This document shows positions 20,942 through 32,725 of a DNA stretch of 64,000 bases, one piece after another (position 1 is the first letter of the stretch; each line of letters opens with the position of its first letter). A program made the translations under genes and the position numbers. The DNA is from an uncultured beta proteobacterium. Lineage in GTDB: Bacteria > Pseudomonadota > Gammaproteobacteria > Burkholderiales > Gallionellaceae. The stretch spans positions 277,194 to 341,193 of the forward strand of contig CAWIYO010000006.1 in NCBI GenBank assembly GCA_963840345.1, written 5' to 3'. The notes below the pieces were generated by a model. That model was not told the origin of the DNA and ran no database searches. It was given only the letters and a program-made list of their open reading frames with translations.

Positions 20942-21902
20942 GCTGTGCCATCTCCGTTGCGGCCCTGATCGCCTCCAGCAGGCTGCCGACATTGGCCTTG
21001 CCCGTTCCTGCCAACTCCAGCGCTGTGCCGTGATCCACCGAGGTGCGGATGAAAGGCAGGCCCAGCGTGATGTTCACGCCTTCGCCGAAACTGGCGTGTT
21101 TCAGCACCGGCAGTCCCTGATCGTGATACATCGTCAGCACGGCATCGCACTCGCGCAAGCGATGCGCGGCAAACAGGGTATCTGCGGGTATCGGCGCACT
21201 CACATCGAAACCCTCGCTGCGCAATTTATCCAACACCGGAATCATCACTTCGATCTCTTCGCGCCCGAGGTGCCCGCCTTCACCCGCATGGGGATTGAGT
21301 CCGGCAACGAAGATGCGCGGGTGGGCGATCCCGAAACGGCGTTGCAGGTCGCGCTGCAGGATACGCAGCACGCTTTCCAGCAAGGGCCGGGTAATCGCAT
21401 CCGCCACTTCGCGCAGGGGCAAATGCGTGGTCGCCAGGGCCACGCGCATGCCGCCACCGGCCAGCATCATCACCACCAGCGGCGTGTGGGTCTGTTCGGC
21501 GAGGAATTCGGTATGTCCGGTAAACGGGATGCCTGCTTCGTTGATGACGCCCTTGTGCACGGGCGCGGTGACCATGCCGGCAAACTCACCGGACACACAG
21601 CCCTGCAGCGCGCGGCGCAATGTCTCAAGCACGTAAGGGCTGTTTGCAGGATCGAGTTTCCCGGCCTGCGCGGGATGCGCCAGCGGAATGTGCAGCACGC
21701 TCAGTTTGCCGGAAACATGCGGCTCGGCGGCCGTGTAGTCGTGCAATTGAATTTCGATGCCGAGTTGCGCTGCGCGTTGCAGCAACAGCGCCTTGTCGGC
21801 AATCACCACCAGCGGCTGTTCATGCCGGGCCAGCTGCAGGCAGAGATCGGGACCTATTCCGGCGGGCTCGCCTGCAGTAAGCGCGAGGGGTCGCTGTCTC
21901 AC
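20928..21902 (-). CDS. pdxA: 4-hydroxythreonine-4-phosphate dehydrogenase
   Basis: [29 protein letters not shown] and RTSVDHGTA motifs. Confidence 0.97.
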   Translation of the reverse strand: MRQRPLALTAGEPAGIGPDLCLQLARHEQPLVVIADKALLLQRAAQLGIEIQLHDYTAAEPHVSGKLSVLHIPLAHPAQAGKLDPANSPYVLETLRRALQGCVSGEFAGMVTAPVHKGVINEAGIPFTGHTEFLAEQTHTPLVVMMLAGGGMRVALATTHLPLREVADAITRPLLESVLRILQRDLQRRFGIAHPRIFVAGLNPHAGEGGHLGREEIEVMIPVLDKLRSEGFDVSAPIPADTLFAAHRLRECDAVLTMYHDQGLPVLKHASFGEGVNITLGLPFIRTSVDHGTALELAGTGKANVGSLLEAIRAATEMAQHERA

Positions 21903-23203
21903 TTGGCAGGCGTGTTGTGATATTCGACGAAGGCGCGGTCACGCAACTGGCGTAGCCAATCCTGATACGCCTCGTCCGACTTGACGGTACGGATGGCCAT
22001 GCGGGCACGCTGGCGCTTCTGCTCTTCCGTCACATCGGTCTTGCGCCGATCCAGCACCTGGATCAGGTGCCAGCCGAACCCGGATTGCACCGGGCCGCTC
22101 ACCTGCCCGACCTTCAGAGCGTCCATCGCGCTCTCGAACTCAGGCACGGTTTCTCCCGGGGACAGCCAGCCCAGATCGCCGCCTTGCGGGGCGCTGCCGT
22201 CTTCGGAATGCAGGCGCGCTTCCTCGGCAAAATTCGCTCCCTTGTCGATGCGCTGCTTGATCTCCTGCAGGCGGCTCTTCGCTTCGCTCTCCGAAACCAG
22301 TTCGCTGGTCTTGATCAGGATATGCCGCGCATGCGTTTGGGTAATGACAACGGGCGCATCCTTGCTGCGGCGGTCCAGCAGCTTGATGATATGGAAGCCG
22401 TTCGGACTGCGCAGCACCGGGCTCACTTCACCAGGCTTCATCTTCTGCAGGACTTCGGCAAATAGCGACGGCAAGCGGTCGATCGGCCGCCACCCGAGTT
22501 CGCCTCCCTTGAGCGCGTCCTGTGCATCGGAATATCCTGCCGCCACCTGGTTGAACGGCGCGCCGCCCTTCAGCTTCGCCAAGGCTTGCTCGGCACGTGT
22601 GCGGTAGGTCTGGATCTTGTCTGCACTGGCTTGCTCCGGCACGACCACCAGAATGTGGGCGAGTTGCAATTCCTCGCCCTTGCCTTCCTGGCGCACCTGA
22701 TTGCTCAGGTAGTTATCAACCTCGTTTTCGTTGATGACCAGCTTGCTGTCGACTTCCCGTTCCCGCAGGCGGGCCGAGATCATCTCGTTGCGGATCTCTT
22801 CCCGGAACTCCCTGAAATCCGTCCCCTCCTGTTCCAGCTTGGCACGGAACGCGGCCACCGAATCGAATTTGTTCTGTTGCGCAATGCGCAGGATGGTCTT
22901 GTCCAGCATCGCATCGTCGATACGCAGCCCGGTCTCCTTGGCAAACTGTGCCTGCAGCATTTCGGAAATCATGCGCTCCAGCACCTGTCTTTCCAGCACG
23001 CTCCTGTCGGGCAGCATGGTCTTCTGTCTTTGCAGCATCTTGATCACGCTGGCGGTGCGTGTTTCCAGCTCGCGGTGTGTGATGACGTCGTCGTTCACCA
23101 CGGCCTCGATGCGGTCGAACTGCGTGATCTGTTTTTGCGGTTCGGCAGCCGATGCGCCGGCTGCGAATGCGATCAGGGCGAGCGCTAATGATTTTCTCAA
23201 CAT
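21899..23203 (-). CDS. surA: Periplasmic chaperone/PPIase SurA
   Basis: Signal peptide, SurA N-domain and two parvulin domains (HIL..GGELGW, HIL..GGDLGW); lptD-surA-pdxA-rsmA synteny. Confidence 0.95.
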   Translation of the reverse strand: MLRKSLALALIAFAAGASAAEPQKQITQFDRIEAVVNDDVITHRELETRTASVIKMLQRQKTMLPDRSVLERQVLERMISEMLQAQFAKETGLRIDDAMLDKTILRIAQQNKFDSVAAFRAKLEQEGTDFREFREEIRNEMISARLREREVDSKLVINENEVDNYLSNQVRQEGKGEELQLAHILVVVPEQASADKIQTYRTRAEQALAKLKGGAPFNQVAAGYSDAQDALKGGELGWRPIDRLPSLFAEVLQKMKPGEVSPVLRSPNGFHIIKLLDRRSKDAPVVITQTHARHILIKTSELVSESEAKSRLQEIKQRIDKGANFAEEARLHSEDGSAPQGGDLGWLSPGETVPEFESAMDALKVGQVSGPVQSGFGWHLIQVLDRRKTDVTEEQKRQRARMAIRTVKSDEAYQDWLRQLRDRAFVEYHNTPAK

Positions 23204-23226
23204 GTTCTCTTTCGGTTATCGGTCAA

Positions 23227-25443
23227 TTAACGCAGGCCTTGTACAGGCTGCTCGGCAGGCAAACTGTTCATCTTGGTGTAACCGGGCACGCTGAGTCGCA
23301 AAGCATTCAGCGGATCTGAACCGACGCCCACAAGATCGTTCAACTCCAGCAGCAGGAACATGCCCGTGGATCGAATGTTAGTGGCCGTCGTGAAACTTTG
23401 TGCAACGAAGCGTATCGTCCAGCAAGACTGATTATACTCAAGCCCCGCCAGCGACTCTACAGCACGTTTATCCCTCAGGGAATAGCTCAGGCGCCCCACA
23501 CCCAGCCAGCGTCCGTACAATGGCCATTGAGCCGAGACATCAGTCTGGTGCAAGGTGTTACGCGTAAAACGGTAACCCAGATTGAACAGCTTGCCCGCTT
23601 CTGGCTTGTAACGCGCCGTCACGTTATATGCCTCGGTGTGCGCCTGGTTGGGATTGTACTGCAGCAGGTTATCCAGAGACCACGCCTTGGTCAGCCTGCC
23701 GCTCATGCCCAGCAGAACATCGGAGCGGTTGGTATTGTCCGACGGAGTGACAAAATTCACCCGCGGCGCCCTGAAGCTGAAGCGTTCCCCGAGCATCACG
23801 CGCAAACGCTCTGTGCCGCCTTCATCGATCATGCGGGAAGTCAGCGCCAGCGTCGCCATGTTGGCATCGCCGACGCGGTCATTGCCGAAGAAACGGTTCT
23901 CGGAAAATATCTGCGCAAAACTGAACGGTGCTTGTGCGGAATCGAAGACGGGCAACAGGTCCTGATTCCGGTATGGGATATTCACGTAAAAAAGGCGGGG
24001 TTCCAGCGTTTGCAGATAGTTGCCGCCCATGAAGGACGTCAGATCGCGCTCGAAGAACATGCCGCTGTCCACGCTGAAGATAGGCAAGGCACGAGTCGTA
24101 TCGGGCAATGCCGATGTATTGTTGGCCCCCATGCGATATTGCGTGTAATGCGCACCCAGCTTGGGCGTCACGTAATAACCCATATCCCTTACCAAGGGGT
24201 AGCTCACCGAGGGATTGACCACCATGCGTTCTGCATTGATCGAGGTCTCGTGGCGAAAATCGGTGTATTCGCTGGCGAAAGCGACATTGGCATTCGCGAC
24301 GGCTTTCTGCGCGCTTAAATTGATCTGGGGTTGACGGCGATAGGGAGTCCCCACAGGCGAGAGCGGGTCCTGCAATGTCTGGAAGCGCTGCACCCGTGCC
24401 GAGGCCGACCACCACCCTGCGCCGTAGGAAAGCACACCGTCCCGCAGCAGGTTGACCTGCGACGTTCCGCTCACCTGAGTGGAAAGATCACGGAAATACG
24501 CATCGTCTGACGCACGATTGAGATTCAAAGCCAGGCCCAGACCGCCGCCCAGATTCTGCGCATGTTTCAATGCCGCATACGAGCGGGAAGTTTTGCTCAC
24601 CCGATCCCCCGGCAGAACTTCGTAGCGGATCGCTCCGTTATATGTCGGCTCAAGATAGCGAAAGTCGTTGTTGAATTGCGTCCCCCGCTTGGCGATCATG
24701 CGCGGCGCGATGGTCGCATCGAGGTTGGGCGCGATGTTCCAGTAATATGGCAGGGTGAATTCCGCGCCGCCCGTGCTGGTAGTACCGTACGACGGCGACA
24801 GGAAACCGGAGCGCCGGTCCTTGTTCAGCGGAAAATCCATCCATGGCGTATAGAGTATGGGCACGCCCTTGAATTCCACCCGCGCATTCCGGGCCGTCCC
24901 GACCTGCGTCGTGCGGTCGATATCCAGGCGACTCGTCCGCAACATCCAATCGTCATTTCCGGCCGGGCAAGTGGTGTAAGTCGCGTCGTCGAAGGTGTAG
25001 TTCTTCTTGCCCAGGATATGCAGGATATCCGCATCCCCGCGCGCATGGTTCTCGCTGAATTCGTATTGGGGCTGGCTCATCTCGCCCATATCGGTATCCA
25101 GATTCAGGTTCAGTACCGGCCCCCGGAGTACGGCGCCAGTCTGCTCCAGTCGCACCGAACCTTCGGCAAGCACATCTTTGCTCACCTGGTTGTAACGCAA
25201 GTGCTCTGCACTGACCACCTGGCCGTTCTGCCGCAGCTCGACATTGCCATACGCCTCCAATTGGTCGTCCTTCCTGGCTTCCACATGGTTCGCATTGATG
25301 AAGGCGGCCGTTCCCTCTGTTGCGGCGGGAAGCCTTTTGAACGTGCGGTCCAGTTTCAACGGCAATGGTGCATTCTCCGCGTGAACGGATAGCGGAAACA
25401 TGCCAAGAAGCAGGGATACAACAAGAGGAAAGCTAAGACGCAT
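23227..25443 (-). CDS. lptD: LPS assembly protein LptD
   Basis: TYTTC, RSGFLSP, PYYWNIAPN, TLEPRLFY and ENRFFGNDR motifs; likely start MRLSFP at 25443 with a signal peptide. Confidence 0.94.
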   Translation of the reverse strand: MRLSFPLVVSLLLGMFPLSVHAENAPLPLKLDRTFKRLPAATEGTAAFINANHVEARKDDQLEAYGNVELRQNGQVVSAEHLRYNQVSKDVLAEGSVRLEQTGAVLRGPVLNLNLDTDMGEMSQPQYEFSENHARGDADILHILGKKNYTFDDATYTTCPAGNDDWMLRTSRLDIDRTTQVGTARNARVEFKGVPILYTPWMDFPLNKDRRSGFLSPSYGTTSTGGAEFTLPYYWNIAPNLDATIAPRMIAKRGTQFNNDFRYLEPTYNGAIRYEVLPGDRVSKTSRSYAALKHAQNLGGGLGLALNLNRASDDAYFRDLSTQVSGTSQVNLLRDGVLSYGAGWWSASARVQRFQTLQDPLSPVGTPYRRQPQINLSAQKAVANANVAFASEYTDFRHETSINAERMVVNPSVSYPLVRDMGYYVTPKLGAHYTQYRMGANNTSALPDTTRALPIFSVDSGMFFERDLTSFMGGNYLQTLEPRLFYVNIPYRNQDLLPVFDSAQAPFSFAQIFSENRFFGNDRVGDANMATLALTSRMIDEGGTERLRVMLGERFSFRAPRVNFVTPSDNTNRSDVLLGMSGRLTKAWSLDNLLQYNPNQAHTEAYNVTARYKPEAGKLFNLGYRFTRNTLHQTDVSAQWPLYGRWLGVGRLSYSLRDKRAVESLAGLEYNQSCWTIRFVAQSFTTATNIRSTGMFLLLELNDLVGVGSDPLNALRLSVPGYTKMNSLPAEQPVQGLR

Positions 25444-25503
25444 GGTGCGGGGCAAATAAATTAAGATGCTAAAATCGCACAAAACACTCACGAAGGCAAT
25501 CAA

Positions 25504-27263
<1,760 letters not shown>

Positions 27264-27335
27264 AACCCCGCAGGGATCGGACCGATAGTCAGCGCTAACC
27301 GCTCTGCCCCGACGAAATCCTGCAACGGTGGTAGC

Positions 27336-28682
27336 ATGCATAAAGTGCCGTCCGGTGATCACTTTGATGCAGGAGGGAAAATGTCTAGCGGCGATGTGTC
27401 CTGGTTCTCGGAAACACAAATCCGTGATCTGATCATGCAGTTTCCACTGCCGCTGGCCATCATGGATCGGGCTGGCGACGTCAAGTTGCTCAACCAAAGC
27501 TTTACCGATTCGTTCGATGGCGCTTGCCTGAAGTCGGACAGCCTGCTAAATATCCTGAAGGACCCGTATGACCACGCTCGCGCGCCTGTCTCGATGCATT
27601 GCCGGGGCTATGCATCCCCGATCTTTGTGCGAACCTTAAGGGTTGGAGACCTTGTTATCCTGGTATTCGAGAAGTCCGCCGAAATCGCATACAGCGCAGA
27701 ACTGGCCGAGATGCACAGCCGCATCGTCGAGCTGGAAAAATTGAGTTCGACAGATCGACTGACCGGCGTCTGGAACCGCGCCCATTTCGACAAAACCATC
27801 GCCATCGAATTGAGCCGCAGTGTCCGTTACCATCAGCCGGTCACTCTCGTCTTGCTGGACATCGACCGCTTCAAACAGGTCAACGACACATATGGCCATG
27901 CGGTCGGCGATGAAGTGTTGCGCGAGATCGTAAAAATCACGCGAAACAACATCCGCACCTCCGACATGCTGTTCCGCTGGGGCGGAGAGGAATTCGCCAT
28001 CCTGGCCCCGTGCACCACTTACCGCTCCGCAACGAAGCTGGCGGAAACGTTACGCACCCAGATCGAACAACATGAGATCAAGACCGCCGGGAAGATCACC
28101 GTTTCCCTGGGCATCGCGGAACATGTTTCCGGCGAGAGCGAAGCGACCTGGTTTCGCCGTGCCGATGAGGCGATGTACGCCGCCAAGAACGCCGGGCGCA
28201 ATCGTTTCATGGTCGACCAGCACGGCAGCAGCGATCTGTGGGCCGCCGACCAGAACACCATGATCCTGCGCTTCAGCTGGCATGAATCCTATGATTGTGG
28301 CGAACCCACCATTGACCAGGAACATCGCAAATTGTTCGAATTGGCCAATGCGCTGATTGATGCCGCGTTCAAGCGCGGATTGAATCCGGGCGGATTCGAC
28401 GAAGCATTGAACAATCTGCTCGCGCATGTGGGACATCACTTCGCGGACGAAGAAGCCATCCTTGCCCAGCATCACTATGCGGGACTGGAGGTTCATGCGA
28501 AGGCCCATAAGCGGCTGGTGGAACGTGCGCTGCAACTTCGCGATGCCGCGGAAGCAGGCGGCATCACCATAGGCGAATTGGTGGATTTTCTCGCGGACGA
28601 GGTGGTCGCGCAGCATATGCTCAAAACGGATCGCGAATTCTATCCGCTGTTCAACCCATCTCCCGGGGCTCTGGACTACTGA
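27336..28682 (+). CDS. Diguanylate cyclase with a C-terminal bacteriohemerythrin domain (start may be 27381)
   Basis: DRLTG..NR, DIDRFK.VND.YGH..GD and RWGGEEF motifs, then W..SY..G...ID.EH, HFADE, HAKAH and HMLKTD. Confidence 0.9.
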   Translation: MHKVPSGDHFDAGGKMSSGDVSWFSETQIRDLIMQFPLPLAIMDRAGDVKLLNQSFTDSFDGACLKSDSLLNILKDPYDHARAPVSMHCRGYASPIFVRTLRVGDLVILVFEKSAEIAYSAELAEMHSRIVELEKLSSTDRLTGVWNRAHFDKTIAIELSRSVRYHQPVTLVLLDIDRFKQVNDTYGHAVGDEVLREIVKITRNNIRTSDMLFRWGGEEFAILAPCTTYRSATKLAETLRTQIEQHEIKTAGKITVSLGIAEHVSGESEATWFRRADEAMYAAKNAGRNRFMVDQHGSSDLWAADQNTMILRFSWHESYDCGEPTIDQEHRKLFELANALIDAAFKRGLNPGGFDEALNNLLAHVGHHFADEEAILAQHHYAGLEVHAKAHKRLVERALQLRDAAEAGGITIGELVDFLADEVVAQHMLKTDREFYPLFNPSPGALDY

Positions 28683-28780
28683 GTTATAACGCCTGCCGTT
28701 GCCCATTTCCTGCGCGGCCGTACGGATCTTCGTTCGATGCGAACTCGACAAGACATCCCGCGCACCGCAAAATACCATCC

Positions 28781-30085
28781 ATGCTTAATCCTGCCATCCA
28801 CGCCGAACGCCGCAAAAGTCTGCACGCCATGATGCAGCACGGCATCGCAGTCATCCCGACCGCCCCGGAGGTCTCGCGCAATGCTGACTCGCAGTACGAC
28901 TACCGCCACGACAGTCACTTTTATTACCTCACCGGCTTCACGGAACCTGATGCAGTACTGGTATTGATCGCCGGCGACAACATGCAGAGCATCCTGTTCT
29001 GCCGCGAGAAGAACGCAGAACGCGAAATTTGGGACGGTTTCCGTCACGGTCCCGATGGAGCAAGCGAAAAGTTCGGCTTTGACGCGGCTTATCCCATTGC
29101 GCAACTGGATGAAAAACTCAATGAACTGATGGGCAACCAACCCGTGCTGTTCTATCCGCTCGGTGCCGACGCCGCCTGGGACGTTCGCATGCTCAAGCTG
29201 CGCGAAGCGGTAAAGGCAAAGGCGCGCACCGGCATCCGCGCCCCTGACGAGATTCGCGATGTGCGCGAACTGCTCAGCGAGATGCGCCTGATCAAGGACG
29301 CAAGCGAGCATGACATCATGCGCCGGGCAGCGAAGATCTCCTGCGATGCGCATCGCCGTGCCATGCGTTTCACCCGCCCCGGCATGTTCGAATACGAAGT
29401 CGAAGCCGAACTGCTTCATGAATTCTGCCGTCACGGCGCGCGTCATCCGGCTTACACCAGCATCGTCGCGGGCGGCGCAAACGCCTGCACCTTGCACTAC
29501 GTAGGCAATAACGCGAGCCTTAACGGCGGCGACCTGCTGCTGATCGATGCGGGTTGCGAGCTGGAAGGCTATGCGTCCGACATCACGCGCACCTTCCCGG
29601 TAAATGGGCAATTCAGCGCCGCACAGAAGGACGTATACGAGATCGTACTAGCTTCCCAAGCCGCTGCGGTTTCTGCCGCCAAACCGGGCAAGCTGTGGAA
29701 TGCACCGCACGAGGCTGCGCTGCGCGTGCTGGCGCAAGGCTTCATCGATCTCAAGCTATGCCAAGGCAGCCTGGAATCGGTGCTCGAAACCGAAAGCTAC
29801 AAGCAGTTCTACATGCACCGCACGGGCCACTGGCTGGGCATGGACGTACATGATGTCGGCGAATACAAGATCGGCGGCCAGTGGCGCCCGCTGCAACCCG
29901 GCATGACGCTCACCGTCGAGCCGGGCTGCTACATCCGCCCCGGCGATAATGTGCCCAAGGCATTATGGAACATCGGAATCCGCATCGAAGACGATGTGCT
30001 GATCACGGCAAACGGCAATGAAGTGTTGACCCAAGGCGCGCCGAAGTCCGTCCGCGAGATCGAGGAGGTTATGCGTCATGAATAA
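28781..30085 (+). CDS. pepP: Xaa-Pro aminopeptidase
   Basis: FYYLTGF.EP, DAGCE..YASDITRT, HRTGHWLGMDVHD, TVEPG and GIRIEDD motifs. Confidence 0.96.
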   Translation: MLNPAIHAERRKSLHAMMQHGIAVIPTAPEVSRNADSQYDYRHDSHFYYLTGFTEPDAVLVLIAGDNMQSILFCREKNAEREIWDGFRHGPDGASEKFGFDAAYPIAQLDEKLNELMGNQPVLFYPLGADAAWDVRMLKLREAVKAKARTGIRAPDEIRDVRELLSEMRLIKDASEHDIMRRAAKISCDAHRRAMRFTRPGMFEYEVEAELLHEFCRHGARHPAYTSIVAGGANACTLHYVGNNASLNGGDLLLIDAGCELEGYASDITRTFPVNGQFSAAQKDVYEIVLASQAAAVSAAKPGKLWNAPHEAALRVLAQGFIDLKLCQGSLESVLETESYKQFYMHRTGHWLGMDVHDVGEYKIGGQWRPLQPGMTLTVEPGCYIRPGDNVPKALWNIGIRIEDDVLITANGNEVLTQGAPKSVREIEEVMRHE

Positions 30086-31238
30086 TTCAAGCTGCGATGT
30101 CGCGATCATCGGCGGTGGCCCGGTAGGCGCGGCGCTGGCCATCGCCCTGCAAGGTAACGACCTCAACGTGGTGTTGCTGGAAGCTCGCGAATCGGAAATC
30201 AACACCACCGACCCGCGCTCGCTGGCGTTATCCTATGGCACGCGCCTGTTGCTGCAGCGCCTGCATGCTTGGGACACCATTCCCAATGTCACCGGCATCA
30301 AGGTCATCGAAGTGACGCAAAAACATACTAGCGGCCATACCACGTTGCGCGCCGACGAAATGAAAGTCCCGGATCTGGGCTACGTGCTGCCCTACACCGC
30401 GCTGCATGCCGCATTGCAACACAGCCTGCAACAGGCTGACACCCGCTGCGTGTACGGCGCGGCGGTAAGCGATCTCACCAGCAGCGCCGGGCACACCACG
30501 CTTGTTTACCGGCACCAGGGCAAGGAACACACGCTTAGCGCGCGGCTCGCTGTCGTCGCCGACGGCGGCAGGCTGCTCGAGGCTTCGCATCCGCCCGAGA
30601 TCACCGACTACGGACAAAGCGGCATCATCGCCCATGTCACGAGCTCAAAACCGGACAGCGGCGTGGCTTTCGAGCGTTTCACCGGACAAGGGCCGATGGC
30701 GTTGCTCCCCTATCTGGACGGTTACGAACTGGTACTGACAGCGGCGCACGACCAGGCGCAAGAGATGCTGACGTGGGATGACGCGAGATTCCTGCAATTT
30801 TTGCAAGGGCATTTCGGCGACCGCGTGGGCACTTTTACCGGCGTCGGCCGGCGGGACTGTTATCCGCTACGACTGCGGCGCGCACCCGACATCACCTTTC
30901 CGCACACCGTGCTCATCGGCAATGCCGCGCAGACCCTGCATCCGGTGGCCGGACAAGGCTTCAACATGGGCATTCGCGACGCATGGGAACTGGCACAGGT
31001 CATCCTCGACAGCGCACCGGAAGACATCGGCTCGGTAGCGATGTGCGCCGCCTATCGCAAATCGCGCCGCATCGACCGCAATTCCGGCATCCGCTTCACT
31101 GACGGATTGGTTCGCCTCTTCTCCAACGACCTGCCATTGCTCGGCCATGTCCGCTCTGCCGCGCTAACATTGCTGGACTGCATCCCGCCCGCGAAAAAGT
31201 TCGTAGCGAAGCGGATGATGTTCGGCGCGAACGGCTGA
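30078..31238 (+). CDS. ubiH: UbiH/Coq6-family FAD-dependent hydroxylase
   Basis: IIGGGPVG, ADG and GNAAQTLHPVAGQGFNMGIRD motifs; pepP-ubiH synteny. Confidence 0.82.
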   Translation: MNNSSCDVAIIGGGPVGAALAIALQGNDLNVVLLEARESEINTTDPRSLALSYGTRLLLQRLHAWDTIPNVTGIKVIEVTQKHTSGHTTLRADEMKVPDLGYVLPYTALHAALQHSLQQADTRCVYGAAVSDLTSSAGHTTLVYRHQGKEHTLSARLAVVADGGRLLEASHPPEITDYGQSGIIAHVTSSKPDSGVAFERFTGQGPMALLPYLDGYELVLTAAHDQAQEMLTWDDARFLQFLQGHFGDRVGTFTGVGRRDCYPLRLRRAPDITFPHTVLIGNAAQTLHPVAGQGFNMGIRDAWELAQVILDSAPEDIGSVAMCAAYRKSRRIDRNSGIRFTDGLVRLFSNDLPLLGHVRSAALTLLDCIPPAKKFVAKRMMFGANG

Positions 31239-32146
31239 TGATCACCAAACAGCAAACAACCCGGCTTTCCATACTCTTCGCCGACATCAGCGGGAGCACC
31301 TCGCTTTACGACAGACTTGGAAACGAAACGGCGCTGGTTCTGGTCACGCACACCCTGGACATTCTCATCCGCGAGATGAACAAACATCAGGGCACATTGA
31401 TCAAGACCATCGGCGACGGCATCATGTGCACATTCACAAGTGCGGCAGCCGCCGTGAATGCGGCCGCAGCCATGCAGGCAGCGATAGAAGAGCAGAACGC
31501 CGCCAACAGCCACAACATCTTTGTGCGTATCGGCATACATTCCGGCGATGTCATACACGAATCGGGCGATGTTTTCGGCGATGCCGTCAACGTTGCCGCA
31601 CGTGTCGCGGCAATCACCAGGGCAAGACAGATCATGACCACCCAAACCGTGGTAGACATGTTGCCTGCAGAATTGCAGAACAAGACCCGCCAGGTGATGC
31701 GTGCCGAACTTCGCGGCAAGGAGAATGCCCCCGCGATATTGCAGATCCTCTGGGAAAAGGACGACACGATGACCACACGTATCGGCATGTCGGCCTACCG
31801 CAAGCCCGTCGAAGTCCAGATCAAGCACGAGCTGCTATTGCGTTATGGCCAACAGGTCTTGACGCTGAACGAGCAGTCGAAGAAGGCGGCGCTGGGTCGT
31901 GACGACACCTGCGATCTGGTGATCCAGAACAAGCTGGCATCGCGCCAGCACGCTCTCATCGAATACAACTACGGAAAGTTCCTGTTCAGCGATCATAGCG
32001 CGAACGGCACCTATATCCGCTTCAGCGACAATCAGATCATCCAGCTCAACCATCAGCAAATCGTGTTGCACGGGGCAGGGCAGATCAGTTTCGGTCAGCC
32101 TTTTTCGGAAGCCCCGAACGACGTGCTCGAGTACATCCTGCAATAG
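31238..32146 (+). CDS. Class III adenylate/guanylate cyclase with a C-terminal FHA domain
   Basis: FADISGST, KTIGD, RIGIH.G and DVFGDAVNVAAR motifs; FHA motifs LGR, ASRQHA and DHSANGT. Confidence 0.9.
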   Translation: MITKQQTTRLSILFADISGSTSLYDRLGNETALVLVTHTLDILIREMNKHQGTLIKTIGDGIMCTFTSAAAAVNAAAAMQAAIEEQNAANSHNIFVRIGIHSGDVIHESGDVFGDAVNVAARVAAITRARQIMTTQTVVDMLPAELQNKTRQVMRAELRGKENAPAILQILWEKDDTMTTRIGMSAYRKPVEVQIKHELLLRYGQQVLTLNEQSKKAALGRDDTCDLVIQNKLASRQHALIEYNYGKFLFSDHSANGTYIRFSDNQIIQLNHQQIVLHGAGQISFGQPFSEAPNDVLEYILQ

Positions 32147-32275
32147 CCGCCCGGCGGGCTGCTGTGCCTGTCCTTCTCGGGAACTCCGTCAAAAATGACT
32201 TTTTCAGGTGAATATAGGTAATAGACTGTATTTTATTTTTGCGGGGCATCTTTCATCATCCTTCCAACAGAAAGG

Positions 32276-32725
32276 ATGGATATGTTCGAAAATTTCACTG
32301 CCGCACTCGGCCTGAAGCACAAACAAGACCAAGAACCTGCCCAGGTGATCAACTTGTACGATGCAGTACTTGCCCACTCAGCCTGGAAAAAACGCCTGCT
32401 TGATTATGTCGAAGGTTGCTCCAAAGAGGATCTGCAGCCGGACAAAATCCGTGCGGACAACCTTTGCGTACTCGGCAAGTGGATACAGGGAGACGGCAAG
32501 GTTCAATTCGGCGAACAACCGGTGTTTATCAGACTTGTTGAGGAGCATGCCAAATTCCACCACCACGCCTCACTAGTGGTCGAAGCGCACCGGAATGGGG
32601 ATACCCGGCTCGCGCTGGAGATCCTGGCGAGCAGTTTCGATGAACAGTCCAGAAAAACCGTGAATTGCCTGGCCAAGCTCAACGCCATCGTTGGGGCGCG
32701 CAACCAGGCGCTTGAACTTCAATGA
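32276..32725 (+). CDS. Stand-alone CZB (chemoreceptor zinc-binding) domain protein
   Basis: AHSAWK, C.LGKW and HAKFH motifs supply the 3-His/1-Cys Zn ligands. Confidence 0.82.
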   Translation: MDMFENFTAALGLKHKQDQEPAQVINLYDAVLAHSAWKKRLLDYVEGCSKEDLQPDKIRADNLCVLGKWIQGDGKVQFGEQPVFIRLVEEHAKFHHHASLVVEAHRNGDTRLALEILASSFDEQSRKTVNCLAKLNAIVGARNQALELQ

